Assembly: GCF_947568905.1 (NCBI RefSeq)
Contig: NC_079166.1
Span: forward strand, 20,956,001 to 21,020,000
Direction: 5' to 3'
DNA length: 64,000 nucleotides
Source: Ostrea edulis
Lineage: Eukaryota
A program made the position numbers and the translations under genes. Positions within the stretch are counted from its first letter, which is position 1. Every line of letters begins with the position of its first letter. This document shows positions 25,574 to 37,341 of this stretch, piece after piece. A model generated the notes under the pieces. It was given only the letters and a program-made list of their open reading frames with translations, ran no database searches and was not told where the DNA came from.

Positions 25574-28500
25574 AGTTGTGAAGTTTCTGGCTGTGATCAT
25601 TGCTGAAATGTGAGGTGATGTACGGTGGCACTACCCCTTCAGTATCAAATTGTGACCATTTTCTGCATGGACTCACTCTGCATTTTTTTTCTAGTGTGAT
25701 AATTTAAAACTTGATTTGATTTGTTAAAGTATATTTTACATTTTCCTCCATGTGGATTTTCAGAGCATATATTCATTTTACAGTATTTGACAAAGTGTTG
25801 TCTGAATTTTATTGTTCATTTTAAAACTTTTTTTTAATAAAAGACTAATGAAATGATTCTATTTGATAATGTCACGGCTGTCTTTTACAGAATTTAATAA
25901 GCTCATACAAATGTACTAAAGTAATAAGTTCAAATTAGATTTTATAAAAGACAATTTATTGTGATATTTATGTATTGCTTACAGTGAAAGCAAGAGAAAA
26001 ATACTGTCATTCATTAAAGGTGAATTTTGATATGATTAGTGTTTATATCCAAAATTATACACACTTTTGGTAGATGTCACTGTGATGTCATTAAGTTCAG
26101 AGACCATTCAAGACCAACCAAGTCAGATAAAGACACATCGACGTAAGGGAAGCACGGGGAGGATCGAGCTTCCGACCCTGAATCCACTGCCGACCTCACT
26201 GGCCTACGATATGAGGTAAATACAGAGGAAAACATGCAAGCAGTTTAAGCTCATACCAGGGAAAATTTGTAGTTTATGTGATCTACATGTAAGTAGTTCT
26301 TAGATGTGGACATCAGAATAACTTTTAGAGGTGTACATTGTGTTACATCATCACATACCCCCAGCTGATCTCTTCTTTCACTCATGATGTGATGTGTAAG
26401 AAGATGAGATCAGCGATGATTGTCTGATGACGATTGTACTGAGGTTAAATTGTTCATACATTTCTGTGTACATTGAGATGAGAATCTTTAAATCTTGTAC
26501 CTCATTCCTATGAATTCATGTTTAGAATGCACCTTAAAGTGGTATGGCATAGGAATTCTAACATGTAAATGGGAAAATAGAAATTTTGTAATTGACAAAA
26601 CAATTTTCAGTTGTGAACGTAAGAGGTTAAAACATGACTTTTCTTAATTTGTGATTGGTTAATTTTAGAAAAGTGCAGCAAATGGTGGAAATGAGAACAG
26701 ATGTGGGACATGCTCGGGCCTGGGTCAGGCTTGCTCTTGAAAAGAAGATGCTAGCATCCCATCTCAAAGAGCTTCTGTCTGATGCAGAGTTACTCAGGTA
26801 CTTAATTGAAACATTCCTTAACATATACAGAATTGTTTAGATATTTGAGAGGAACCTACTGTATATAAATACATTCTGCAAATTAATTGGTTCCCATATA
26901 AGAACCAGTTTATGACAGGAAATAGCAACAATCATGGTGAGTATGGTAGTTCCTGTAGATCCCTGTTTTATACATTGTATTAAGTCTTATTATGGTGAGT
27001 ACGGTAGGTCCTGTAGATCCCTGTTTTATACATTGTATTAAGTCTTATTCTGGTTTTAATGTTTGTTTCGATATGATAAAATGGTTAAGGTACCTGTATA
27101 TCATAGAGGGGGTCAGCAACATTCCAGTTTCCTGAGAGTAAGTCTATTTCTCGAGGTGAAGCTGATCTTAACTGTATATTGTATGTTATTGTACAGGAAC
27201 TTGTACAAGAGATATGCCTTCCTGCGATGCGAGGATGAGAGAGAACAGTTCTTGTTTCATCTACTCTCCCTGAACGCTGTGGACTATTTCTCATATACCA
27301 ACTCTTTCCTAAACACAGGTACACAATTAGTTATCAGAGTTACACCTGAACACAGGTACACAATCAGTTATCAGAGTTACACCTGAACACAGGTACACAA
27401 TCAGTTATCAGAGTTACACCTGAACACAGGTATACAATCTGTTATCAGAGTAAATCTGAACACAGGTGCACAATCAGTTATCAAAGTTACACCTGAACAC
27501 AGGTACACAATCCGTTATCAGAGTTACACCTGAACACAGGTATACAATCAGTTATCAGAGTTACACCTGAACACAGGTACACAATCTGTTATCAGAGTTA
27601 CACCTGAACACAGGTACACAATCAGTTGAGTTCAGTTACAGAGTTACATATACCCTTAAACTTACAAGAAAACATCACAAAGTGTCAGGCCATTTGATGT
27701 TTGACTGAAGCAAACATTTTCTATAAAAAAAAATTTGTTTATTTGTTGCAGTTGTACCATACAAAGTGCTAATTTTTCCTAGTCCTAAGTTTGGTTGTTC
27801 GACCACTAGTGCTAATCCATGGATCAGCTTTGCTGGTCAGCACGGGGAGACCGGGGTGATTGATATCCCCAAAGGATGCCTGGAATTTAATGTAGAGGTC
27901 AGTGGTGCTATTGAAAGTGCAAGGAAAATGTCCGAAAAGATGTGTTTAGTACTAGAATATATTTCTGAAAAGATCAAAGTGATATACAACTGTATTATTC
28001 TGTTAACATTAAAGGCTTAATTATATTATGTGTAAATATTAGGCTAAATGATTTGAGTATTATTTTATCATTACAAACTATTCAATGTACAAGTAGATTT
28101 TTGTGGTCTTCTTTGTGTGTGACTTTTAATCCTGTAGTTGTGGAGGAAATCGTATAAATAGAAACTTTTATTGACTTGATAGAGATATTGGGGTATTGTA
28201 AATTACAGCACAAGAATCTTGGGATACTGACAACACTTCGTATCGGCCATGACAACACCGGTCTCACCCCCCGCTGGCTTGTGGAGTACGTTCTCGTCAG
28301 GAATGAGTTAACAGGACATCTCTACAAGTACGAACAAATAAACAAATTTCTGTACTGGTTCCCTAAATGTAAAAAAAAGAAATGATTGAGATGGTGTTAT
28401 TACATGTACTATACAATACCAGCATATGAAGTTTGTATTTTGAAAGAGTGTAAATGATTCTCTATTTGATATTGCATTTTGATGTCATGTGCCAAATAGT

Positions 28501-31500
28501 GTCAATGTTGCATGCTGGGAAATGGAATTTCCACTGTATTGATCATAATGATAAAATAATTCTATAAAGGAAGATATGCAGTAAAACATGGTTATAGTGA
28601 ACCTCCAGGATCATTGAAAAACGAGTCATTGTAACCAAACTTCATTATATCCAATAAGATTTTCTTTATTTTCATCTCATAGAACAATAAGCTTGAATTC
28701 ATTATAAGCATGTTCATTATAAGGGTGTTTTACTGTACTGTGATTTCAGATTCCCTTGTGGGAGATGGCTAGGTAAAATGGTGGATGATGGCAGCACAGA
28801 GAGATTGCTAGTAGCACAGCTACTTCCACAGCACTCAGATACTTACGGTAACAACCCCCTCTATAAAATTCTAATGAATGAATATTTACTTCACTACTGA
28901 TACTCAAACACAACATACACACATAACATGGAAGCAAAACATGAATTTTAAATGTACATTGTAGATAGCAATTACAATGTACATTAACTTGTTATGGAAC
29001 ATTTTGTTATGTTGATAGACATTCCACACCGATTTTGATTATGGATTGCTCCGTTTAGCTGATCAAGATATACAGTAGGGTTTACGGTGGGTGTGACAGG
29101 TCAACAGGGGATGCTTATTCCTCATAGGCACCTGATCCCACCTCTGTTATATCCAGGGATCTGTGTTTGCCCAACTCTTAATTTTGTATTCCTCATATGA
29201 GTTATGAGATGGATCACTGTTCGTAATCTTCACTTTTTCTTTCACACAAAATTCTCTTTATTAATTGGATAAGAATATCAAATGATCATTCTTGGGCGAC
29301 AAGATATATTTTAGCAGGAGACCTAAATTGTATGCATATTTCCTTTCAGATTTAGACTTAGCAGTTGCTTCGTCACCCCCAAATAAAGCGATGTCCCCTA
29401 ATTCACCTAAAAAGTCACCTGATCCAGGTATTTATGCAGAATTTGTTTGTTTTTGTGTATGGTTATTTTGTAGTGGAATTATTCCAATGCTGTGATTCGC
29501 AAAATTCTCCCCTGGAATTGTAATTTCACATACGTGTATAGTTTACCTTAAAGTACATGTAGTTATATTTAAAATATCTGATTTCTTGTTCAGAATATGT
29601 CACAAATTCTTTAATCAATTGTTTTTTAGGATCTCTAAGTATTCCAGAAATTCAGGAGAGGCTGGGGCATGCTGTAAACAATCTAGTCAAACATTTCTAT
29701 AAACCAGAGAAAGAGGTCAGAATACAATTCTATAAACCGGAGAAAGAGGTCAGAATTTATTTCTATAAACCAGAGAAAGCAGTCAGATTTTATTTCTATA
29801 CAGAGAAAGAGGTCAGAGTTTATTTCAGTAAACCAGAGAGAGGTCCGAGTTTATTTCTGTACAGAGAAAGAGGTCACAGTTTATTTCTGTAAACCAGAGA
29901 AAGAGGTCAGAGTTTATTTCTGTAAACCAGAGAAAGAGGTCAGAATTTATTTCTGTAAACCAGAGAAAGAGGTCAGAATTTATTTCTGTACAGAGAAAGA
30001 GGTCAGAGTTTATTTCTATTAACCAGAGAAAGAGGTCAGAGTTTGTTGTTGTTGTTGTCGGTTCCTTTTTATTTCCGTGCAGTATCATGGGTAATGTCCA
30101 CACTAGTGGGTCCCCTTCCAGGTATCTGGCTGGCTGCACGCATGGCAGATCTCACCTCAGATCTCCATTCTTTCCGGTCTTGAGGGTCAGCAGTAGAGAG
30201 CTTCCATTATTTCTATAAACCAGAGAAAGGTCAGAATTTATTTCTGTACTAAAAAAAAGGTCAATTTATTTCTATAAACCAGATAAAGCTGTCAGAATTT
30301 ATTTCTGTAAACCAAAGAAAGAGGTCAGAGTTTATTTCTATAAAACCAGAGAAAGAGGTCAGAATACATTTCTATAAACCAGATAAAGCTGACAGAATTT
30401 ATTTCCATACAGAGAAAGGGGTCAGAGTTTATTTCTATTAACCAGAGAAAGAGGTCAGAATTTATTTCTGTACAGAGAAAGAGGTCAGAATTTATTAGAA
30501 AGAGGTAAGGGCTGTTCCAGAAATGATCAAATGGGGGGGTCGGGCGGCAAATTATATTTTTTTGTGTGGGTGGTCGTATTTTTTCATATTTTATTTGGTC
30601 CGTGGTTGGACTGTTAAAAAATATTTATTATGGGTAGTGGGTAGTTTCTATTGTTTTATTTTGTGCCACGTGGGTGTTAAGTTTTCAGAATATTTTTATT
30701 GTCGCTCTTGTCGTGTTGGTTACAAAACGTCGGAGGGAAAATTGAAAACGTGCTTTCGAAATGCTGCTTTCGAAATCGGAAGTAACATAGAACTATTCGA
30801 GTTGTCGCTCTTTGCAGCACATAACTTTCCATTATGGCACTCTTCAAATTAGAGGCGCGTTTAGTAGGGTCCCTTTGGACGTGATGGCGGCGAATTCTGT
30901 TCTGTAGATTATTACAGTTTACAGTGCATCGATTTTGGGAATATTTTGAAACCAATAGGTATTCCGTTTTCTAATAAAAATAGGCAAACCTTAGTTGATT
31001 TATACGAGGGTACCGATGCGTTATATTTATCAGTCGGTGTGATGGTGATATAGAGGCCTCCGGGCGCGGGCTCCATTAGAAGACGAACGATTCGTGGAAA
31101 AACATATCCATACCCATTTCATGATAATAGCATCGTTTGGACTCCCAATCTTTCCAACATTCCCGCCATAGATGCCTTTGATTGTTGATGTGACATCGTT
31201 TCTTCAGAACTACTGTGATACAATGTCGCACAGGCATTACCGCGTCATTGACTAGAATGTTTGTCCCGAAAACCTCGCGAGATTTGTACCGTTTTCATTT
31301 TTAAAAATATTTTTGTGGTGGGTCTGGTTAGTTTTTTTTTTTTAATTATATGGGTCATTGTAAAATGAGTTTATTAATTTGATGGGTCATGGGGTAATTT
31401 TTTATTTTTTTTTATGGGTGCTTGGTATATACAAAAGGTGCCTCCCAACCCCCCCATGTATTTATTTCTGGAATAGCCCTAAGTTTATTTCTGTACAGAG

Positions 31501-33672
31501 AAAGAGGTCAGAGTTTATTTCTGTAAACCAGAGAAAGCAGTCAGAATTTATTTCTGTAAACCAGAGAAACAGGTCAGGGTTCATTTCTATACAGAGAAAG
31601 AGGTCAGAATTTATTTCTATAAACCAGAGAAAGAGATCAGTATTAGAGCCTCAAAAATAATACGGAAAGCTATAAAACATGAGATCTCACAAATTTGCAA
31701 GTACTTTGCATGCTAGACAGGATAGCTATCCCAAGATAGTGTTTTAAAGGGGGATAACTCTGAAAGTTCCAAATGCATATATTGTTGTACATGCAGAATA
31801 TACAAGGAAAGCTGTCTAATCAGACATACACTGGAAGACAAATTTCAATCGAAATACACAGTGTGTCGAAATAACAGTGTAAAAAACAATAACAATATAA
31901 AATTGAGAAAGAAAATAAGGGTTGAAATGCCCAATGAGTGTCAGATTAGACATTTTCAATGTTATATAATTTGTTTGTGATTTTTACATGTAAGATATTT
32001 ACACACAAACACTATGTGATGGAGTTATTTTTTTGATAGAGAGGGAACCTGACCTACCTTCTGTGTGGAGATCAGGGGCTTGTCCACTGTCTGGAGCTGG
32101 TGTTTCATTATGGCTTCAGATCCTCTCGTCTCTTTAGGAATAAGTTCTTCATCTGGGACTATCTCGGTTTGTATTCAATTTACTGATTGATATAGAAACT
32201 GTTTAAAAGAATAAAAAACAAAGCTATGCGAAAATTTAACTTTGATAAGGATGCTTTTGTAGTATATGTTGAAATATCATCTTTCTACAATATTCCATCA
32301 TTAAAGTCCATTGCATACAACTGGAAAAAAAAGTCCATTTATCACAGTTTAATTAATTTAGAAATCCATTTAATCCAAAAGGCCTTTCAGTATAATTGGT
32401 ACAACAAAAGTCCATTCCTGACAATTAACAGTTGACATTATAGAAATAGAATGTCTGCCGTTAAATTGATTACAGTGTTGAAGGAATGGATTTCCATTAT
32501 CAAAACTTTCAGCAGAAATGTTTTAAAAAAGAGTGTTTGTTCCTTACTTGTACATTTCTTGGTGAAATATGCATTCAAGAATTTTTAAAAATTGGTATGA
32601 TATTATATAAGAATAGTTTTATATGTCACACTCCATTGTTTCATTTTCTGATCTTTGTGTTTTTCAGAGAAGGTGAAGCAGCATTTTGAGGGTGTTCTGA
32701 CGGGTGAAGTCCGACAGCCTATCTCTGATGGAGCTACGGCTGGTTACTGGATCTACTGTAACTTCCTCAATAAAATCAACAGTGCTACGGAATCTGTAGG
32801 AAAGGACGGGAAGTTCCAGATATTTGTCTGTGTCGGTATAAGGTCAGTTTATTTTATGCACATCAGATTGTTTGTCTGTGTGGGTATAAGGTCAGTTTAT
32901 TTTATGCACATCAGATTGTTTGTCTGTGTGGGTATAAGGTCAGTTTGTCTGTGTAGGTATAAAGTCAGTTATTTTAGGTATGAGGTCAGTTTGTTTGACT
33001 CATGTTAAGATATATGTAGTGGTTTTGAAAGAAATTTTTAAATAATGGCAGGAAAAAATTCTCTCGGCCTTTAAAACCAAATAAGAATCACTAACATGAC
33101 TAAGCTGTGAGTTATCATCAGTGAATGTACAGGTCAAGGTCATTTATCGAGGTAACGTTTGCTTCATATCAGTATGGCCATGCTCAGTGTATGAAGATGA
33201 TATTGTTTCACAAACACATGTAATCGAAACTGGCCGATGGTTGATCCTCGTCAAGTACGGAACAGGAACAGCTTGGTTACTTGGCTTAAGACATTACTCA
33301 TGCCACTTGTGTGGATGGAGAAGCCTGCATTTTATTGTGTTAATAGCAAACTTTTCATGAAAGTTGAAAATGAAAGCACAGTGGGAAATTTATACTGTAG
33401 TCGGTCTCTACTCAGGGATTGTAACATGTTGTAATGTTGCTGCTTGTGTACGAGTTTTACTTTTATTGGATGGTTTAACCTTTTGTAGGGATCATTTGAT
33501 TCAGAAGTTACTTCCCTTGGTTGCCAACACGCCAGTGACTGCACAGATGTACGAAGAAAATTCATTTTTGCGGAATTACAGTCATATTAACTACTTAGTC
33601 CACATCCTCGGTACCCTCGAGGAATTCCAGGTCACACTAGAGTCCTCCCTTCTCCGCGGTTTAGACATTTGA
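6395..33672 (+). CDS. DENND5: DENN domain-containing protein 5 (Rab6-interacting protein 1 orthologue; uDENN-DENN-dDENN, RUN, PLAT, RUN), 22 coding exons, 1270 aa
   Basis: join(6395-6476,7067-7176,8026-8551,11501-11626,12782-12966,14413-15172,15923-16073,16397-16484,18355-18480,19093-19245,22272-22371,26074-26215,26669-26797,27197-27318,27752-27897,28209-28327,28750-28847,29350-29427,29630-29715,32040-32166,32668-32842,33489-33672). All introns GT-AG, phases consistent, total 3813 nt. Peptides [65 protein letters not shown] and C-terminal LLRGLDI match the DENND5A/B family as I recall it. Confidence 0.96.
7460..7920. mobile_element. Degenerate hAT-like MITE
   Basis: Imperfect TIRs cagggtttgacactaac / gttagtgtcatacactc; subterminal tagtc/gacta repeats; no clear TSD. 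Confidence 0.5.
10560..10900 (+). mobile_element. Old degraded copy of the tRNA-headed SINE family
   Basis: Residual similarity to 58949-59276 (aaatagtgattgttcc, gtcacaggtc, gatgacctta, gctatggccataag, ggcctaaa) and an (AAAC)n tail. Confidence 0.45.
11786..12570 (+). mobile_element. Non-autonomous Helentron/DINE-1-like (HINE/pearl-type) element with ~135-142-bp internal tandem repeats
   Basis: 5' hairpin atgcccccttcaaggaagaggggcat, (tcgg)n microsatellite, internal repeats (gatgacccct at 11986, 12121, 12263, 12398), and a 3' gggggcat plus hairpin tatgttttacaaacata followed by T-rich sequence. Confidence 0.8.
12605..12732. repeat. 43-bp minisatellite x3
   Basis: agacaatggcagaatgttcta(g/a)agagattctctagatatcact at 12605, 12648, 12691. 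Confidence 0.9.
13308..13955. mobile_element. Palindrome-containing non-autonomous element, unclassified
   Basis: 129-nt near-perfect palindrome 13308-13436 centred on gaggcatagctga; 75-bp direct repeat 13543-13680 followed by a short inverted copy. The right boundary is approximate. Confidence 0.5.
16547..16895. repeat. ~146-149-bp satellite-like repeat, ~2.4 copies
   Basis: tggattggt(g/a)ca..(a/g)tgaccta at 16547, 16696, 16842. Confidence 0.8.
16901..17870 (+). mobile_element. Non-autonomous Helentron-like element carrying ~5.5 copies of a 146-bp satellite
   Basis: 5' hairpin atgcccccgagatcgaagatcgggggcat, (ctgt)n tract, repeat starts ctttaaccttgct at 16985, 17131, 17277, 17416, 17562; 3' ggggcat plus hairpin tgtgtttcacaaacaca. 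Confidence 0.85.
18601..18917 (+). mobile_element. Degraded TTAA-flanked MITE (same family as 57321-57638) with a decayed tRNA-like core
   Basis: ttaa at 18597-600 and 18918-21; colinear similarity to 57321-57638 (ccagagaaat, gttttagt...aaagtaatctgaaaaa, ggaagtc.gccattat). Confidence 0.7.
19501..19667 (-). mobile_element. 5'-truncated SINE (V-SINE/RUDI-like body) with 14-bp TSD
   Basis: Minus strand ends ...ataactgaaaaattgttgagtgtggcggaaaacatcaatcaatca. CAAACTTTCATGAT is duplicated at 19487-19500 and 19668-19681. Confidence 0.75.
20361..21741. repeat. 1.4-kb minisatellite of mixed 32-bp and 48-bp units
   Basis: 32-bp module gtgaacacactcataatgaattcacatttaca, optionally preceded by a 16-bp module gtaaaacacggttaca. 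Confidence 0.95.
22438..22653. mobile_element. TA-targeting MITE (CTGTAGATTCCTA termini)
   Basis: ta|ctgtagattcctaaat ... attaggaatctacag; same family as 35695-35910. Confidence 0.7.
23045..23226. repeat. 63-bp minisatellite x3
   Basis: ttagttaggctttgtaag at 23047, 23110, 23173. Confidence 0.9.
23918..24141. mobile_element. 224-bp MITE with TA TSD
   Basis: ta|ctgtataagtggaatttttagcgag ... ctcgctaaaatttcggcttatacgg|ta. Confidence 0.75.
24240..24650. repeat. Degenerate GT-rich microsatellite with ~75-bp higher-order repeats
   Basis: (gt)/(gagt) runs; gagtatgtaactccaatatttataagtgaggcctg occurs three times. Confidence 0.8.
25526..25572. repeat. (CT)n microsatellite
   Basis: Visible run. Similar runs at 46948-46998, 47723-47748, 47997-48052 and 56686-56742. 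Confidence 0.95.
27312..27627 (+). repeat. 37-bp tandem array spanning the DENND5 exon-14 donor, 9 copies
   Basis: aacacag|gt at 27312, 27349, 27386, 27423, 27459, 27496, 27533, 27570, 27607. Confidence 0.95.
28579..28735. mobile_element. MITE with CAGTAAAACAC termini
   Basis: cagtaaaacatggttatagtgaac ... gaattcattataagcatgttcattataagggtgttttactg|ta. Confidence 0.7.
29030..29237 (+). mobile_element. 3' end fragment of a Penelope-like element family (also 43085-43205 -, 56755-56890 +)
   Basis: Shared block tgatcaagatata...gggtgtgac.ggtc.acaggggatgctta.tcctc.taggcacctgatcccacctc...ttatgagat.gatcactgttcg. Confidence 0.7.
30041..30206 (-). mobile_element. Short 3' end of a non-LTR element with an (AAC)n tail
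   Basis: Unique 165-bp insert in the array; minus strand ends ggaaataaaaaggaaccgacaacaacaacaacaaac. Confidence 0.5.
30509..31479. mobile_element. 971-bp non-autonomous PIF/Harbinger-like element
   Basis: taa|gggctgttccagaaat ... atttctggaatagccc|taa, i.e. a 3-bp TAA TSD with GGG termini; inner poly-G/poly-C extends the TIRs. Confidence 0.8.
32823..32992 (+). repeat. 48-bp tandem array spanning the DENND5 exon-21 donor
   Basis: ggtataag|gtcagt donors at 32843, 32891, 32939, plus two degenerate copies. Confidence 0.9.
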
Positions 33673-35053
33673 GGAAGGGAAATTGCCACATTTTTGTTCA
33701 CCCACCGATAGTGTTATTTCAAGAAGTTTTTTTTTCTGTCAGGTTTGACTACAGCACTGAAATAGCACCTGTTGTTATAATATGTTACATACAATGTATT
33801 TGTTGTTATGGCTCAAACAGAAATAAGCATGACAGATTTTACCATATTCAATAGGGCATGACTGGTTTTTTGGAGTTTTTTAAATTTTTTATTTATTTAT
33901 TTATTTTTTTTTTTTTTTGTAAAATACCAGATAACGAAAACATGCAATGCTACTGTCTCATTTTTTTTTTTTATATATACATTTCTTACTTAGTGCAGCA
34001 TTACTGAAAGATTTGGTCTATAATTTAATATTGTACACCACACAAGGCATACACATATAAGTTCATAAATAGCAGTAGTAATTGTACATTTAAGTTTATA
34101 AATAACAGTAGTAATTGTACATATAAGTTTATAAATAACAGTGGAAATGTATGGTAAGTCTTCAATTTTTTTTCAGTGACTTTAAAGATTTTATGAATTG
34201 TGTGTTTTACAAATGCGTGTGATAAAAGTAAAAGGTGCAAGAACAGAAGTAGAGCTACGTTTTCAAGTACACGATTACGTGTAAATTCTGACTCTCCAAT
34301 TAAACAGAATAAATTGTTTGACAGATCTCATTTCCAATACATTAAGAGTCATATACTTTATATATATATATATAGCCACTAATGTTACATGTATTTAGGA
34401 TACATGTACAGTTGTATGTAGAAAGTGTCTCTGCATATTTTTTGAAAACTAGTCTCCATTGAATTTGTGTTATTATGATAATCAGATTTGTTTGTTTTTC
34501 ATTGTTCTTATTAAGGTGTGCAATATCTTGTCAGAATTGTCTTGTAATGTTGTACACTTATAAGTTCACACATTGCAGACTTCAGACTTCAATGTTTCTC
34601 CTGTAAGGTTTTAAGTTTCCTACAGACACTGGCAGAATTCATTATATATATATGCAATAGGGTATGTCTAACATAAGTTCTTATTTGGATGAGTTTTATT
34701 TTCTAAGGCTGCAATATGATTATTTTTTTTTCTATCAATACAACAATATTAGATTGATTAACAAATACTCAGATTATTTCGATATATTGATGATCCTGTT
34801 GACATGTACTGTATAAATCTTTTTTGGCCGTGCTTGTTACATGTACTTTTATTACCCTGACAATATTCCACCAACAAACCACGCAGTGTTACGTTTTCCT
34901 TCCCAGACACACTGTAACATGTTTCAGAAAACTGTAAGCATGTAGACGCCATCCGTATACAATATTTCACTCTATGATCGTTGCTAAATTGTATGTCTGT
35001 ATTATATCGGATTAATCAATTTTCGGATTTGATAGGCATGTCACCCTGTCAAT

Positions 35054-35250
35054 ATGATGTAGGAAGTGATGTCAGTATTATTCAGGAAGTGATGTCAGTA
35101 TAATGTAGGAAGTGATGTCAGTATAATGCAGGAAGTGATGTCAGTATAATGTAGGAAGTGATGTCAGTATGATGCAGGAAGTGATGTCAGTATAAGGCAG
35201 GAAGTGATGTCAGTATAATGTAGGAAGTGATGTCAGTATAGTGTAGGAAA
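35054..35250. repeat. 23-bp minisatellite, ~8.5 copies
   Basis: aggaagtgatgtcagtataatg(t/c) at 35061, 35084, ... 35222, partial at 35245. Confidence 0.95.
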
Positions 35251-35694
35251 TGAGATTCTCTATTGTTTAGAGGTTTAAGAGGTTGTAGTGTTTCTGTTGG
35301 TATGAACATATTTTATTGTAATGTTATTGACTGAGGGCTCCCTGGTTCTGTTCTGTGTTGTGGTCGACACAGCTGTGTTTCTGTCGCTGTATAACAAGTG
35401 CCAATTCCAGTATTTCCTTAATCTAGAGTGTTAATTTTTTAATCATTAATTGCACAGTGATATGGAGAGCAGATATGTTTGTTCAAAAGAAATCTGCAGT
35501 TTATGTACAACTGTTGTAGTAGTGTGCCATTTCTGAATTCCTAACCTTTATTTACATTTTCCAGACTTTTGAAAATTTTTGGAGTCGTGATTGTATTTAT
35601 TTTGTTAATCACATTGTTGTATGCAATTAGTTAACACTTTTATTTTGAGGCGTTTATATTATGTCTAAATGTTTTTACTGATTTTGTAAAATTT

Positions 35695-35910
35695 CTGTAG
35701 ATTCCTTATTTTACACGAGTATTCTTAAATATGGCGATTTGACTCCTATATATCAAATCGCATGAACATGAGTTAATGTGTCGTCTGTTAATCAAGAGTT
35801 CTTACGTGAATTTTAGCAACAGAAAATGAAAAGTAATTTTATTTCACGAGTGATACCTCTCGTGAAATTACGTGATGACAAATTCCTCGTGTATATTTAG
35901 GAATCTACAG
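35695..35910. mobile_element. MITE with 25-bp TIRs (CTGTAGATTCCT family)
   Basis: ctgtagattccttattttacacgag ... ctcgtgtatatttaggaatctacag|ta. Confidence 0.75.
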
Positions 35911-37335
35911 TATTCTGTATAATGACAGCACTTACAAAAGATATGAATTATTTGATTTTCAGTCATTAGTGTGTAATGTAAGCCTGTCATGCCTGACTGT
36001 GGTTAAACTTTTTGGATAAGGTTTATTTTCAAGGAGCTGTCCTCTCTGAATCAAATGTTTGTTATTGGGTACTGTACGTTCCTCCTATTTAACACAAGGA
36101 CTTATTTCTTGCAATTGTCATTGAGTAGATTGTATGTAAAATCTCAAGACCTCTACTCAGAGGAACTGACTTCAACACAAATTAGTTATGAATTATCTGA
36201 CTTCAACACAAATTAGTTATGAATTATGAATAGATTAAAATGAAACTTTTAATTCTGTTAGAGAGGACTCTCACAAATTAATGTAAATGTTGATTACTTG
36301 GGTATAACGAGTACACACGATCAACATTTTTCTATTAAGTTAGTTTCTTTGAGATAATGGTACAGTATACGTACACTTTCATGTCAGTTTAATTACATGC
36401 ATGATTATTCTGTTAGGGATGTGTACTAACTGCCATGCTTCTACTGCAGTTTTGAAATTTTCTAAATTAAAAAACAGAAGTTTTGAAGCAAGAATGTCCA
36501 CCCTCCACAAATAGTAAGCATTCTTATTTTGGACATTGAAAGTAAGGATCTATTTTGTAGCTTACATTTGTAGATGACTTTCTTACCGCTCATAAAGATT
36601 AAGTTTTAAGTATCATTATCTCATTGTAATTCATTGAGACATGACCCCAGTTCTGTATACATTTTTTTTTTTATATTTGTGCACTGCTTGTAAAGTCTTG
36701 TGTTCACAAATTGTAGATTTGGCGAGTTGTTTTAAAGTTACCTATTCTACTTAATACATAACGTGAACTGTTACCACAATAGCTTGAATTATTGAAGCTT
36801 TGTTCACCAATGAAGAAAGACTTTTGTTTAATTTTTGTTGCGATTTGGATGTTATGACGCATAATATGACCAGAAGACTGGCTCCGTTTGATGCAATACC
36901 ATCCTCAGTTTTTTTTTATGGGGGGATGTGATTTTTTGGAAGATTAACAATCAAAAGAAATTTGCCTTCCATGTTGTGTATGATATGGAACAACAAAACA
37001 TAACAATATATCTACGCTTTACAAATTGTAATGACAGCCATTTCTTCATGAATGTGGGTTTTTTTAACCTAAGCAGAGAAGTTCCAGGTTATGCAGGTGC
37101 GACAGTGCGTGACGATACGTAAATTACCTGTAATATATACTGTACGATATACATGTCCATCCATTTCCTGTTCAGTGTAATAGTTTAGTCTTACGGATGA
37201 AGTCGTATAACGCACCACTCCAGTAATACTTTGTTATCCCAGTATTGTATATTAGCAATACCAAGTCCTGTCATTTGTAACTATTATAAATCAGTTGAAT
37301 TGTTAGACGTTCCCTTTAGATCTTGTTTTTTGAGA

Positions 37336-37341
37336 AATAAA
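37336..37341 (+). other. Candidate distal polyadenylation signal of DENND5 (3' UTR up to ~3.7 kb)
   Basis: AATAAA followed about 25-60 nt later by a T/GT-rich tract (ttcttgttcatttaatttttatttcctgttttgtttc). Other AATAAA hexamers lie upstream, so the site actually used is unknown. Confidence 0.3.

Larger units (their letters stand above)
29695..31640 (+). repeat. 33/30-bp tandem array spanning the DENND5 exon-19 donor, split by two insertions
   Basis: Unit ttct(a/g)taaaccagagaaagag|gtcagaatttat in blocks 29695-30040, 30207-30505 and 31483-31630. Confidence 0.95.

Noticed and set aside
25576-25614. Poison exon after the (CT)n tract
   Set aside because: AG/GT and an in-frame TGA are present, but the CT run mimics a pyrimidine tract by chance; unsupported without RNA data.
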